A DNA stretch of 64,000 nucleotides from an uncultured delta proteobacterium (lineage in GTDB: Bacteria; Desulfobacterota; Syntrophia; Syntrophales; UBA2185), in the NCBI GenBank assembly GCA_963695875.1, contig CAVOID010000007.1, forward strand, positions 98,918 to 162,917. Reading direction: 5' to 3'. Of this stretch, positions 51,554 to 62,154 are shown piece after piece. Numbering within the stretch: the first letter of the stretch is position 1; every line of letters begins with the position of its first letter. The position numbers were made by a program, and so were the translations under genes. Under the pieces are notes generated by a model that had not been told where the DNA came from, did not search any database, and saw only the letters and a program-made list of their open reading frames with translations.

Positions 51554-53751
51554 CGGTGGATCTTTCTGGCCAGCACTTTTCTTGGTTTAACGCCATCGGA
51601 GGGACCGACGATTCCTTCTGATTCCATGCGCTCTATCATACGAGCAGCGCGGTTGTAACCGACTTTCAGGTATCGCTGCACCAGGGAGATAGATGCCTGC
51701 CCCAATTCAGTTACCAGTTCGACAGCTTCGTCGTATTTTTCATCAAAATCTTTATCCTGTTGTTCGCCTTCCTTTGAATCTGGATGATATTCCGATATAG
51801 ACTCATCGTATGCCGGCATGGCCTGCTTTTTCACGAAATCTACAATTCTCTCTATCTCTTTTTCAGATACATATGGCCCATGTATGCGGACCAGTTTCGA
51901 TGTGCCGGGGGGCATATAGAGCATGTCCCCAAAGCCTAAGAGGTTTTCAGCACCTAACTGATCGAGAATCGTCCGCGAGTCAACCTTTGATGAGACCTGA
52001 AAGGAGATGCGTGTGGGGAAATTGGCTTTTATGACCCCTGTAATGACGTCGACGGATGGTCTCTGTGTGGCTAATATAAGATGAATCCCGGCTGCCCTCG
52101 CCATCTGGGCGAGGCGGGCAAGGGATTCTTCGACGTTTCTCTGTGCGACCATCATCAGGTCCGCAAGTTCATCGATGATTATGATGATAAAGGGCAGTTT
52201 AACTGGCAATTCCTTATCAGCTTCCTGTTTTCCATCGATATCATCAGTCTTAAGTGTTTTTTCTTTCGGCTTCTTTTCGATGAGCTTGTTATATGCCTCA
52301 ATGTTTTTAACACCTAATTCGACAATTGTCTTGTATCGCTTTTCCATCTCTTCGACGGCCCATTTGAGAACCTGAGAGGCTTTTTGGGGGTCAACTACAA
52401 CCGGATGGAGAAGGTGTGGTATCCCTTCGTATGCAGAAAGTTCGAGCCTTTTAGGATCAATCATGAGGAATTTGGCGTCATCAGGTGGAGCCTTGAAAAG
52501 AATGCTGCAGATCATGGCGTTTAGGGAGACGCTCTTCCCTGATCCCGTTGTTCCGGCTATCAATAGATGCGGCATCCTGGTGAGATCGGTGATCACGGGG
52601 GTTCCTACAATATCTTCCCCGAGGGCGATGGGGAGCTTGAACTGTGATTCAAGAAATGCATCGTTATCTAAAACATCTTTCAGGTGTACAGGTTCCCTTT
52701 CATGATTGGGTATTTCAATACCAATGACCGCTTTTCCGGGAATAGGGGCAATTATCCTGATGCTCGGTGCCCGAAGTGCTAAAGCCAGGTCGTCAGAGAG
52801 GTTAGTGATTTTAGTGATCTTAACACCGGGCGCAGGTTCCAGTTCATACATGGTAATAAGGGGACCAGGTTTGACTTCAACTACCTTTCCTTCGACGCCG
52901 AAATCGGCAAGCTTTTTTTCAAGGATCCGGGAATTCATAATGAGGCTGTCCCGCTTTATCCTCGTGTCTTTCCGTTCAACCTGGTCTAAGAGTGTCAGAG
53001 GCGGCAGTTTAAAGACGCCGTTCTTTTGAAGGAATTCAAAGTGGGTCTGTTCCGACTTTTTCCTTCGCGTTTTTTCCGTCGATAGTAATGTGGCATCAAT
53101 CACAGGAACAGTTTTCTTTTTTTCATCTTCGATTCTTCCCTTTATTCCGTTCAGCATTTGCGTGCTTTTGGAAGTGAGTCTTTTTAACCCGTCCCATGAC
53201 ACAATAGTAATGTCTTTACATCTTCTGCAGAGAGACACGAGGGATAAATTGACTATAACGATGAGGGATATAATAAGGATAAGCACGAGGAGTATATATG
53301 TGCCTGTCCGATTGAGATACTCATTAAGGAATTCTGCAGATACACGTCCCAGGAGACCTCCTGCACCGAGTTTGACGCCATAGACCTGAACTTCGGCTAA
53401 GCCTGCTGAGAGGAAGGTAGAGGTGGAGAATATGAGGCCAATGAATCCAGCTACCCCCGCAAGACTGATTCTAAAATCTTCATCAAGAAAGTACCTGAAG
53501 GAAATTATTAACAGGGCAAGAGGAATGACAAATGCCCCTATCCCAAAAATCCTGATGAGGGAATCAGCGGTATGTGATCCGACAGAACCTATGAGGTTGT
53601 GCGTCTTCATATCGTCGGTTAAAAAATGCGTAAAGGATGGATCCTGAGGATGGTAAGAAGCTAAGCACAGCAACAGGAATATGGCACATGCCAGGCAAAT
53701 CGCTCCCGATATTTCTCTTAACTTTCTGTCGTCCAATATCGCTTCTTTCAT
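51550..53751 (-). CDS. ftsK: DNA translocase FtsK
   Basis: N-terminal TMs, PHLLIAGTTGSGKS, IDELADLM, ATQRPS, gamma domain GYNRAAR. Confidence 0.95.
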   Translation of the reverse strand: MKEAILDDRKLREISGAICLACAIFLLLCLASYHPQDPSFTHFLTDDMKTHNLIGSVGSHTADSLIRIFGIGAFVIPLALLIISFRYFLDEDFRISLAGVAGFIGLIFSTSTFLSAGLAEVQVYGVKLGAGGLLGRVSAEFLNEYLNRTGTYILLVLILIISLIVIVNLSLVSLCRRCKDITIVSWDGLKRLTSKSTQMLNGIKGRIEDEKKKTVPVIDATLLSTEKTRRKKSEQTHFEFLQKNGVFKLPPLTLLDQVERKDTRIKRDSLIMNSRILEKKLADFGVEGKVVEVKPGPLITMYELEPAPGVKITKITNLSDDLALALRAPSIRIIAPIPGKAVIGIEIPNHEREPVHLKDVLDNDAFLESQFKLPIALGEDIVGTPVITDLTRMPHLLIAGTTGSGKSVSLNAMICSILFKAPPDDAKFLMIDPKRLELSAYEGIPHLLHPVVVDPQKASQVLKWAVEEMEKRYKTIVELGVKNIEAYNKLIEKKPKEKTLKTDDIDGKQEADKELPVKLPFIIIIIDELADLMMVAQRNVEESLARLAQMARAAGIHLILATQRPSVDVITGVIKANFPTRISFQVSSKVDSRTILDQLGAENLLGFGDMLYMPPGTSKLVRIHGPYVSEKEIERIVDFVKKQAMPAYDESISEYHPDSKEGEQQDKDFDEKYDEAVELVTELGQASISLVQRYLKVGYNRAARMIERMESEGIVGPSDGVKPRKVLARKIHR

Positions 53752-53779
53752 CTAAATTGATTAAAGATTTTCCAAGAGA

Positions 53780-54502
53780 TTACCCTGCTTTGGCAGTCCT
53801 TGTGTCTTCATAATTTCTGGTAATGATATTTTGTATCCTGTCAATGAGGTCCTGTCGGGTTTCAATGGAATATCCGCTGACATCTACAGGCCTGTCAATG
53901 ACCATGATTATCTTCCCGGGCTTTATCACTAGAGATCGCTTGGGCATAATTTCTCCAGCACCTATAATGGATATAGGGACGATAGGGACTCCTGACTTTA
54001 TGGCCAGGTAAAACATGCCCTGTTTAAAGGGCTTGATCTTTCCATCTTTGCTTCTTGTTCCTTCTGGGAAAGACATCACGGACTTCCCTTCCCGGATTTT
54101 CCGGGCTGCTTCTTCAAGGCTCATCATCGCTCTTTCACGGCTTTGCCTGTCAATCTCTATGTATCCGGCATTCCGCATTGCTTTTCCAAAGAGTGGGATA
54201 TTGAAGAGTTCCTTTTTAACAATCCAGCGAAATTGGCCGTGCAAATGAGCGAGAACGATGAAAATGTCGAAATCACTTTGATGATTGGCCATAAATATCT
54301 GCGGCCTTTCCATCAAAACGTTTTCCGCACCTATAATCTCTACCCTGATATTGGTTAATGTGAGGAGCATCTTGGCCCAGATGTTGGCCACCCTGTGGAT
54401 TACGTTTTCATCCGGAGTAATATAAGCAAAAACGACGGCACATCCGGACATGAATGCAGTAACCGCCACACCGATTATTAATATAAGAACAGATCTGAAC
54501 AT
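53780..54502 (-). CDS. plsC: 1-acyl-sn-glycerol-3-phosphate acyltransferase
   Basis: NHQSDFD and FPEGTRS. Confidence 0.92.
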   Translation of the reverse strand: MFRSVLILIIGVAVTAFMSGCAVVFAYITPDENVIHRVANIWAKMLLTLTNIRVEIIGAENVLMERPQIFMANHQSDFDIFIVLAHLHGQFRWIVKKELFNIPLFGKAMRNAGYIEIDRQSRERAMMSLEEAARKIREGKSVMSFPEGTRSKDGKIKPFKQGMFYLAIKSGVPIVPISIIGAGEIMPKRSLVIKPGKIIMVIDRPVDVSGYSIETRQDLIDRIQNIITRNYEDTRTAKAG

Positions 54503-54627
54503 GGATCAATCCTTAATATGATCGATAACTTTTACGTTTGGTGGATATTTTTTACTTGATAATATAGGCGAAGTCAATAAGGATTATTCCACCCGTTCAG
54601 TATAGATACTATATCCTGAGAAAAGGA

Positions 54628-54656
54628 TTGACAAAAGATGGTCATGATAATAGCAT
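54628..54656 (+). promoter_or_regulatory. Sigma70 promoter for the rfaE1 operon
   Basis: TTGACA-17 nt-TAGCAT. Confidence 0.55.
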
Positions 54657-54762
54657 TACCACCCCAAGAAAATGCAGGATATTTTTTGCTGTGGAAATTT
54701 ATGCAGTAAGCAGGTGAGGTTTAGTATATTTTTCTTTTTACTCTATTGTGACAATGTTTTCT

Positions 54763-55752
54763 ATGAAAAAAGTTGTTAATAAAAAAAGGGCCTTAGAAAT
54801 AATTAGAAACTTTTCCAGATCAAGGGTTTTAGTGATCGGGGATATAATGGTCGATCATTTTATATGGGGCAGGGTATCACGGATTTCACCGGAGGCTCCC
54901 GTTCCCGTCGTGGAGGTCCAATCAGACAATTTTATGCTGGGTGGGTGTGCCAATGTGTTGAATAATATCTTTTCCTTGGGGGGCAAAGTATATGCAACCA
55001 GCGTTATTGGCTCCGATGACATGGGGGAAAAGTTGTTGGGGGAATTTCGCAAGAGACATATAGATACGGAAGGGATTATAGCGGAAGCAAACCGTCCGAC
55101 CACGCTGAAGACCAGGATAGTGGCCCATAGTCAACAAGTTGTGAGATTTGATCAGGAAAGCAAAAAGTCTATTGAGCCAAAGAGTGTGGAGAAAATAATA
55201 AAATATGTAAAAAAGGTGATGGATGTACTGGATGCCATAGTTATCTCAGATTACAATAAAGGGGTTATTACAAAGCCTCTTATGGAAGGTATTCGTGAAG
55301 CAATATCAGGGAAAGGTATCCCTGTTTGTGTCGATCCCAAGCAGAATGATTTTTCCCTATATCAGGGCTTTGACATAGTTACGCCTAATAATTATGAGGC
55401 CGGACGCGCCGCCGGTATGGATATTATGGATGGGCAGGATATCGCCAGAGTTGGGAAAATGCTTCTTGACCGGTTTAATTTCAGGGCGCTTCTTATTACG
55501 CGCGGCGAAGAGGGAATGAGCCTTTTCGAAAAGAATGGCAAAATCATCCATACTGCCTTTCCGGCTGAAGCCAGGGAAGTTTTTGATGTGACCGGTGCCG
55601 GGGATACAGTCATTGGCGTCTTTGCTCTCTGTGTCGCCTCCGGGGCAACCTTTAAAGAGGCAGCAGCTCTGGCAAATTACGCTGCCGGAATTGTTGTAGG
55701 AAAGGTGGGAACGGCCATAATTTCTCAGGATGAATTAAGAGAGGTGCTATGA
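54763..55752 (+). CDS. rfaE1: D-glycero-beta-D-manno-heptose-7-phosphate kinase (stand-alone)
   Basis: RISPEAPVPV, SDYNKG, VDPK, TPN, DVTGAGDTV. Confidence 0.92.
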   Translation: MKKVVNKKRALEIIRNFSRSRVLVIGDIMVDHFIWGRVSRISPEAPVPVVEVQSDNFMLGGCANVLNNIFSLGGKVYATSVIGSDDMGEKLLGEFRKRHIDTEGIIAEANRPTTLKTRIVAHSQQVVRFDQESKKSIEPKSVEKIIKYVKKVMDVLDAIVISDYNKGVITKPLMEGIREAISGKGIPVCVDPKQNDFSLYQGFDIVTPNNYEAGRAAGMDIMDGQDIARVGKMLLDRFNFRALLITRGEEGMSLFEKNGKIIHTAFPAEAREVFDVTGAGDTVIGVFALCVASGATFKEAAALANYAAGIVVGKVGTAIISQDELREVL

Positions 55753-56273
55753 GCAAACCGCGGCCTGCAGAGGCAGTAAAGCTGCTCATGAGCACAATTT
55801 ATGCGGATGATGATTTAGTAAAAAAGTTTCTTGACATATTATCTGAACACTACGGAGGTATTGACTTAATCAGTACCCGGATGCCCTTTCATTATACCGA
55901 CTATTATACGGGGGAAATGGGATCACGTCTTGTAAGGCGGGTTGTTGTTTTCGATACTTTGATCCGGCCTGAATCATTACCGGATGTTAAGCTGTTCACA
56001 AATGATGTGGAAGACAGATTTTCTGTAACTGGAAAAAGACAGGTTAATATTGATCCTGGCTATATATCGCAGGCTCATTTGATCCTTGCAACAGGCAAGG
56101 GTTATACTCATCGCCCCTACCTAAGGGATGGTATTTATGCCGATCTGACTCTGATTTACAGAGGAAAGTCCTTTCATTCCCTGCCGTGGACTTACCCGGA
56201 TTATGCAGAAAAACCTGCTATAGATATGCTTAACAGGATAAGATCGAGATATCTCATGCAGTTGAAACACTAA
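55749..56273 (+). CDS. DUF4416-family protein
   Basis: TDYY..EMG, RQVNIDPGY, LATGK...HRPYL, WTYPDY. Confidence 0.82.
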   Translation: MSKPRPAEAVKLLMSTIYADDDLVKKFLDILSEHYGGIDLISTRMPFHYTDYYTGEMGSRLVRRVVVFDTLIRPESLPDVKLFTNDVEDRFSVTGKRQVNIDPGYISQAHLILATGKGYTHRPYLRDGIYADLTLIYRGKSFHSLPWTYPDYAEKPAIDMLNRIRSRYLMQLKH

Positions 56274-56359
56274 AAAAGACAGGACACAGGAGGCAGGAGT
56301 CAAAAGGAAGGGTGATAATTTCTGTTTCCTGAGTTCTGCATTATCATTGGTAGGAGTAT

Positions 56360-57247
56360 GTGATGATTCAAAGTATGACCGGCTATGGCAGGACTGAAGC
56401 TGTTCTGAATGGTAAAAGATATACTGTGGAAATCAAATCTCTCAATCATCGTTATCTCGAGATTTCCCTTCGGCTTCCTGCTGTTCTTTCCACTCTCGAG
56501 TTGGAGATTAAAAAAAAGATTAGTGGAAAGTTAAGCCGTGGCAGGACAGAAGTGAACATCAGGATGGATTCTGAATACGGTTCCGTAAGTGAAGGCAGGT
56601 ATGAGTTAAATCTTCCACTTATTCGGAATTATTATGAACTGCTTGGGCAATTGAGAGGGGAGCTTGGACTTAAAGAGGAGATTACTTTAAATATGGTCGC
56701 CGGGTTTAGAGATGCGTTTATTCTGAAGGAACCTGGTCTTGATTTATCCGTTATCTGGGAAGAATTGGAAGTGGTACTTAATAAGGCAATGGATGCTTTA
56801 TTGGAGATGAGAAAAAAGGAGGGGGAAGTCATCTACCATGATTTGATTCTGAGAATAGATCTGATCATGAAGTCCCTCAATTCAATCGAATCACGGGCAC
56901 CGCAGGTAGTCTTAGAATATCGGAAGCGACTTGGCGAGCGGGTAAAGGAGCTTACCGGGGGGATAGTGGTTGATGACCTTCGATTGGCCCAGGAAGTTGC
57001 CATTATGGCTGAAAAGAGCGACATAACGGAGGAGATTGTCCGCCTAAAAAGCCACATAATTCAGTTTGGCGATTTATTAAAAGGTAACGATGCCGTCGGA
57101 AGAAACATAGATTTCTTAATACAGGAGATGATCAGAGAGATAAATACCATGGGCTCTAAAAGCAGTGATGCAGAGATATCAAAGATGGTTATTGATATCA
57201 AGAGTGAGCTTGCCAGAATAAGAGAGCAGGCACAGAACATTGAATGA
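56360..57247 (+). CDS. yicC: YicC/YloC-family endoribonuclease
   Basis: SMTGYG, S.NHRYL, DITEEIVRL, QEM.RE.NT.GSK, REQ.QNIE. Confidence 0.93.
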   Translation: MMIQSMTGYGRTEAVLNGKRYTVEIKSLNHRYLEISLRLPAVLSTLELEIKKKISGKLSRGRTEVNIRMDSEYGSVSEGRYELNLPLIRNYYELLGQLRGELGLKEEITLNMVAGFRDAFILKEPGLDLSVIWEELEVVLNKAMDALLEMRKKEGEVIYHDLILRIDLIMKSLNSIESRAPQVVLEYRKRLGERVKELTGGIVVDDLRLAQEVAIMAEKSDITEEIVRLKSHIIQFGDLLKGNDAVGRNIDFLIQEMIREINTMGSKSSDAEISKMVIDIKSELARIREQAQNIE

Positions 57248-57863
57248 AAACTTTTTAAATAAGTCGGAAGGATTGTATATTGTAGTTTCTGCACCTTCAG
57301 GTACTGGAAAGACTTCTATTTTGCGAGAGGTCTTGAAGACATGTCCGAACATGCTTTTTTCTGTTTCCTATACTACTAGGCCACCGCGTCAAGGTGAGGA
57401 AGACGGGAAAGATTATTATTTTGTTTCCGAGGAGTCTTTCAGAGACAGGATATCCCTGGGAGAATTCGCTGAGTGGGAAGAAAATTATGGATGTCTCTAT
57501 GGGACATCGGCAAATACGATGAAGACATTTTTAGAGAAAGGGTTTGATCTGATACTGGATCTTGAGTCCCGGGGTGCAAAGACGTTAAAAAAGGATTACC
57601 CGGGTGGCGTATTTGTATTTATCCTTCCCCCATCAATTGATGAGTTAAAGAAAAGATTGAAAAGAAGGGGGTTTGAAAGTGAACAAACGGTGAACAAACG
57701 CATGGATAAGGCTTTAGATGAAATCAGGGAGATTATATGGTATGATTATGTAATTGTTAATGATGAAATAGAAACTGCTGTTGATGTTCTGAGGTCGATA
57801 TATGTGGCAGAAAAAAGTAGAAGGGAAAGATTAGTGAATAAAATAAAGGATTTTCTAGTATGA
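57240..57863 (+). CDS. gmk: Guanylate kinase
   Basis: SAPSGTGKT, SYTTRPPR.GE.DG.DY, YGT. Confidence 0.95.
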   Translation: MNENFLNKSEGLYIVVSAPSGTGKTSILREVLKTCPNMLFSVSYTTRPPRQGEEDGKDYYFVSEESFRDRISLGEFAEWEENYGCLYGTSANTMKTFLEKGFDLILDLESRGAKTLKKDYPGGVFVFILPPSIDELKKRLKRRGFESEQTVNKRMDKALDEIREIIWYDYVIVNDEIETAVDVLRSIYVAEKSRRERLVNKIKDFLV

Positions 57864-57879
57864 GGAGGTCATTAGAAAG

Positions 57880-58152
57880 ATGGCGAGAATTACCGTTGAA
57901 GACTCATTGAAGGTGGCAAAAAACAGATTTGCTTTAGTTGTTTTGACTGCAAAAAGAACAAGACAACTACTTAAAGGTTCGAAACCTCTGACGGATATAA
58001 AAAATAACAGGGAAATTGTGGCTGCCCTCAGGGAAATCGCCGCCGAAAAAGTAATGTATGCCAATCCTGAATATTTACAGGGCATCAAAGTAGATTATAA
58101 ACCCCTATTAGACGATACGGAATTTATTGATGATGAGGAGTACCTTGAATAG
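57880..58152 (+). CDS. rpoZ: RNA polymerase omega subunit
   Basis: MARITVED...NRFALV...KR.RQL...ALREIA. Confidence 0.95.
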   Translation: MARITVEDSLKVAKNRFALVVLTAKRTRQLLKGSKPLTDIKNNREIVAALREIAAEKVMYANPEYLQGIKVDYKPLLDDTEFIDDEEYLE

Positions 58153-58895
58153 AAATCCACGGGAGATGCTTATTTTTGCCCTTGATGTTGGGAAGGGTAT
58201 AGACGAGGCAATCTCATGGGTCGAACGGCTCAAGGATACTGTAGAAATATTTAAGGTAGGAAAGGAATGCTTTACCCGCTATGGTCCTTGTGTCATTGAT
58301 ATGATAAGGGAAAGAGGTAAAAAAGTCTTTCTCGACCTAAAGTTTCATGATATTCCGCATACAGTAGCCGGTGCTGCTGCTGGGGCTGTGGAACACGGGG
58401 TTTACATGTTTAACGTTCATGCACTTGGCGGGAGAAAGATGATGGAGGAAACTGTTACCGCAGTTAATAGGGCAGTCAAGGAAGTTGGCGTGTCGATGCC
58501 CATAATCCTAGCGGTAACCGTGTTGACGAGTTTAAATGACAGTGATCTAATGCAACTGGGATTTAATTGCTCAGCGGATGAACTTGCAACACGTCTGGCA
58601 AGAATTGCGCAGGAATCCGGTAGTTTCCGGTGTTGTAGCATCAGCCCATGATATTGATAATATTCGCAGGGCATGTGGATATGATTTTATAATTGTGACA
58701 CCTGGTATTAGAGATGCAGTCGCAGTGGATGATGATCAGAAAAGAACATCTACGGTTAGAGATGCCATAATGCGAGGTGCTGATTACATAGTAGTTGGTA
58801 GACCCATCAGGAAAGCAACAGATCCGGTTCGTAAGGCAGAAGAGATTGTGCGCGAGATTACTGAAGGTCTTGCAATGCGACAAGAAGTAGTATAA
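58145..58895 (+). CDS. pyrF: Orotidine-5'-phosphate decarboxylase; one frameshift near 58620
   Basis: ALD, FKVG, DLKFHDIP.TV, VTVLTS, VTPGIR, DDQKR, VVGRPI. Confidence 0.93.
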
Positions 58896-58978
58896 TATTA
58901 CGGAGCTTTTTTCCGAAGAGCTCATTGTCATATCAAGTGTACGTTCATAGATGTTGCGGTTATTGATGGAGCAATGGT

Positions 58979-59725
58979 TTGCAGGTAATCTTTGGGATTA
59001 ATCCTCTGCTGGAGGCTCTTAAGAGTCAGAAAGAGGGGATCGAAAAAGTCGTTGTTGCCCAGGGAAGAGGAGGAGCTGCTATCCAGAAAATCCTGAATCT
59101 TGCTAAGCAGGGAGTGATTCCCGTTGAGTTCAGGGAAAGGAGCTATTTAGACAGGCAGGCAGGTCATAAATTCCATCAGGGTGTTATTGGTATTTGTGAA
59201 AATTTCGCTTATGTGAGTGTGGATGACGTTATTGCAAACCGTCATGTCGATTTTACAAATGATTTGATTCTGGTACTTGATGGTATTACGGATCCTCAAA
59301 ATTTGGGTTCTCTCATAAGAAGCGCCCATTGTTTCGGTGCCAATGGGGTTATCATACCTGAGAATCGTTCGGCGGCAGTGACAGCGACAGTGGTAAAAGC
59401 ATCTGCAGGGGCTGTTCACCATATACCTATTGCCACGGTTGTCAACCTGTCTAATACTATTGAGTATTTAAAGGAAAAAGGATTTTGGATATACGGTACA
59501 GATCCTGTATTCGGCAAAAATATCAGTACATTTGATTATAAGGGTCACATTGGTCTTGTCATGGGTAGCGAAGGAAAGGGCATGAGGCCGCTAATCAAAA
59601 AAAAATGTGACTTTCTACTTTCGATACCAACGATGGGCAAGATAGACTCACTGAATGTTTCAGTAGCAGCGGGAATTATCCTCTATGAGGATATTGAGAT
59701 CATGGGGGAAAGTCTGAGGGTTTGA
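58979..59725 (+). CDS. rlmB: 23S rRNA Gm2251 methyltransferase
   Basis: HQGV, LDGITDPQNLGSLIRSA, GSEGKG, SLNVSVA. Confidence 0.92.
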   Translation: MQVIFGINPLLEALKSQKEGIEKVVVAQGRGGAAIQKILNLAKQGVIPVEFRERSYLDRQAGHKFHQGVIGICENFAYVSVDDVIANRHVDFTNDLILVLDGITDPQNLGSLIRSAHCFGANGVIIPENRSAAVTATVVKASAGAVHHIPIATVVNLSNTIEYLKEKGFWIYGTDPVFGKNISTFDYKGHIGLVMGSEGKGMRPLIKKKCDFLLSIPTMGKIDSLNVSVAAGIILYEDIEIMGESLRV

Positions 59726-59737
59726 AGGGGGTCAATT

Positions 59738-60949
59738 ATGGCAGTATTCATTTGGGAAGCAGCAACAAAAAGGGGTGAGATAAAAAAAGGCGAAATGGAT
59801 GCCACTGATGAAACTGTGGTCAGGGGACTCCTTCGTAGGCAGGGCTTGAAATCAATCACCGTAAAGCAAAAGCCAAAGGATCTCTTGGAATATTTGCCTT
59901 TTCTGAAGCAGAAGGTTAAGGAGAAAAACATAGTTGTTTTTGCTCGAATATTTTCCACCATGATTAATGCAGGTCTCCCCCTTATCCAGTGTCTCGATTT
60001 GCTGGCCCAGCAGGAAGAGAACAAAACATTTGCCAAAATCATAACGTCAGTGAAGGAAGATATTGAAGGTGGATCGACTTTGCAGGATGCCTTGAAAAAG
60101 TACCCCGCGGTCTTTGATGAACTTTTTGTCAATCTCGTTGCCGCCGGGGAAAGTGGAGGTATTCTCGACGTTATTCTCATTCGTCTTTCAAACTACATGG
60201 AAAAGACAATGAAGTTAAAAAGCAAGGTCAAAGGCTCGTTGGTCTACCCTATCATTGTTCTTGTTGTCTCCATAGCAGTCATCACCCTTTTACTAGTTTA
60301 CGTTATACCGGTTTTCAAGAAAATGTTCGAAGGCATGGGCGGTCAGTTGCCGGGTCCCACGCAATTTCTTATCAGTGTCAGCGATTATGCGGTTAGCTAT
60401 TTCCCCTATGTAGTTGGCGGTTTTGTCTTATTCGTATTTCTCTTTCGAAGATATTACCGCACGGAAAAGGGGAGACTTACAATTGATGCCCTCGTGTTGA
60501 AGGCGCCGATATTCGGGCCGTTACTTACAAAAGTTGCTGTAGCGAAATTTACCCGAACCCTTTCTACCATGATGGCTAGCGGAGTTCCGATTCTCGAGGG
60601 ACTCAATATTGTTAGTAAGACCGCTGGCAATGTAATTGTCGAGAATGCTATAATGAAGACAAGGCAGAGCATCAGTGAGGGGAGAACTATTGCAGAGCCC
60701 CTTGCGGAAACAAAAATCTTTCCCCCCATGGTGGTTCAAATGATTGCCGTTGGTGAAGCTACAGGTGCCCTCGATGCGATGCTGGCCAAAATTGCAGATT
60801 TTTATGACGACGAAGTAGACGCTGCGGTAGCAGCAATGACGACAATGCTCGAACCTTTTATGATGGTTTTTCTCGGGATTGTTGTGGGAGGAATGATCAT
60901 TTGCATGTACCTTCCCATCTTCAAGATGGCTTCGGTGGTTGCCGGTTAA
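59738..60949 (+). CDS. pilC: Type IV pilus inner-membrane platform protein (T2SSF family)
   Basis: STMINAGLPL, AGESGG.LD, YP, QMIAVGEATG.LD.ML.KIADFY, MYLPIF. Confidence 0.92.
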   Translation: MAVFIWEAATKRGEIKKGEMDATDETVVRGLLRRQGLKSITVKQKPKDLLEYLPFLKQKVKEKNIVVFARIFSTMINAGLPLIQCLDLLAQQEENKTFAKIITSVKEDIEGGSTLQDALKKYPAVFDELFVNLVAAGESGGILDVILIRLSNYMEKTMKLKSKVKGSLVYPIIVLVVSIAVITLLLVYVIPVFKKMFEGMGGQLPGPTQFLISVSDYAVSYFPYVVGGFVLFVFLFRRYYRTEKGRLTIDALVLKAPIFGPLLTKVAVAKFTRTLSTMMASGVPILEGLNIVSKTAGNVIVENAIMKTRQSISEGRTIAEPLAETKIFPPMVVQMIAVGEATGALDAMLAKIADFYDDEVDAAVAAMTTMLEPFMMVFLGIVVGGMIICMYLPIFKMASVVAG

Positions 60950-61100
60950 TACTTGATACTTCAGGGATAAACTATAAGCACGAAGTCTGAGATACTAAAA
61001 CTATATCAAAATCTAAATGACCACAACATTTAGAACTTTGATAACAGTGGTATTTAATATGTTTAGGAGTTACATGTGGTATTTATGATTTATATTGGAA

Positions 61101-61177
61101 TGGTCGGGATGGCGCGATTTGAACGCGCGACTCCTGCGTCCCGAACGCAGTGCCCTACCGGACTGGGCCACATCCCG
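61101..61177 (-). tRNA. tRNA-Pro(CGG)
   Basis: Minus strand CGGGATG...CTGCG-TT-CGG-GA-CGCAG...GTTCAAATC...CATCCCG-ACCA; full cloverleaf with encoded CCA. Confidence 0.97.
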
Positions 61178-61228
61178 ACACGATGTGAAAGATATATAAT
61201 TAGATAGTAAATGTCCATAATTATTTTT

Positions 61229-61374
61229 ACCGTTTTGTAAAAAGTCTATATTCTGCGTTGCGCTTCGTCCTTTGTCACTGTAGCGTATGACACTGTACGA
61301 CTCATTCCTCCAGTGAGTGTATCCTGAGCCTGACGAAGGACATGCCGTGTAACTTAAGCTTTCTACTCTGCCGT
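61229..61374 (+). repeat. MITE-like element, copy 1, with nested palindrome
   Basis: gtaaaaagtc...ttgcgcttcgtcctttgtcactgtagcgta...tacgactcat; imperfect terminal inverted repeats; aligns with the reverse complement of 62021-62098. Confidence 0.6.
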
Positions 61375-61444
61375 TCTTTGCCACAGGTTTTTTAACTTGA
61401 TTTGCTGACATTATTTTTTGAGTATTCATGGGAGAACATAGCCA

Positions 61445-61861
61445 GTGATAATATATGACCTCAAATGTGAAAAAGGACATAAATTCGAGGGATGGTTTAA
61501 AGACAGAAGTGCATTTGAAAATCAGAAATCCAAAAGGCTTATAACCTGTCCCGTTTGTGGGAATTCTGATGTAGAGATGATACCTTCCACAATGTCTATC
61601 ATGGCAAGAGACACCAAGGCAATTAACAGGGAAAATGTAGAGGAATTATCTATGCCGAGGGCCATAAAGTTATTCCATGAATACCTCAATAAGAATTTTG
61701 ATGATGTAGGCAAAAAGTTTACCGATATAGCCTTGAAGATGCACCATGGGGAGGAAGAGAAAAGAAATATCAAAGGGACTACTACTGAAAGTGAAGAAGA
61801 TATTCTCAGGGAAGAAGGCGTTCAATTCTTCAAAATTCCCGTGACCAAATTTGACAGCTAA
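61445..61861 (+). CDS. DUF1178-family protein
   Basis: MIIYDLKC..GHKFEGWF, CPVCG, VG.KF...A.KMH.GE, IKG. Confidence 0.88.
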   Translation: MIIYDLKCEKGHKFEGWFKDRSAFENQKSKRLITCPVCGNSDVEMIPSTMSIMARDTKAINRENVEELSMPRAIKLFHEYLNKNFDDVGKKFTDIALKMHHGEEEKRNIKGTTTESEEDILREEGVQFFKIPVTKFDS

Positions 61862-61913
61862 AGTTGAATGATCTGTGTTGATCTCGTAGACGGTTGTATT
61901 CCAGATTAATATA

Positions 61914-62098
61914 GGCGGCTTTATAGAAAGTTACATAGGCAGGATACGTGGCGCTGGCCAACGACGAGCACTAGACAATCCTGATCAAGTTTTCTTAAGC
62001 CCTGGCTGTAAGGATTTATGGATGAGGCATAAAGAGACGTAACCCTCAGTAACGAGGGATGAAGTGCAAACTAAGCGTTTGGACTTTTACGAAGCCCC
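61914..62098 (-). repeat. MITE-like element, copy 2 (inverted relative to copy 1)
   Basis: Reverse complement gcttcgtaaaagtcc...ttgcacttcatccctcgttactgagggtta...tatgcctcat matches copy 1. Confidence 0.55.
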
Positions 62099-62154
62099 AA
62101 TCTTTTTACTTTGTGAAGTCTGTTGTATCTATCCTTTTTATCAGTAATAACATC

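Noticed and set aside
61101-61177. tRNA-Pro as an island integration site
   Set aside because: No integrase and no duplicated tRNA 3' end seen in the window; flanks are core genes.
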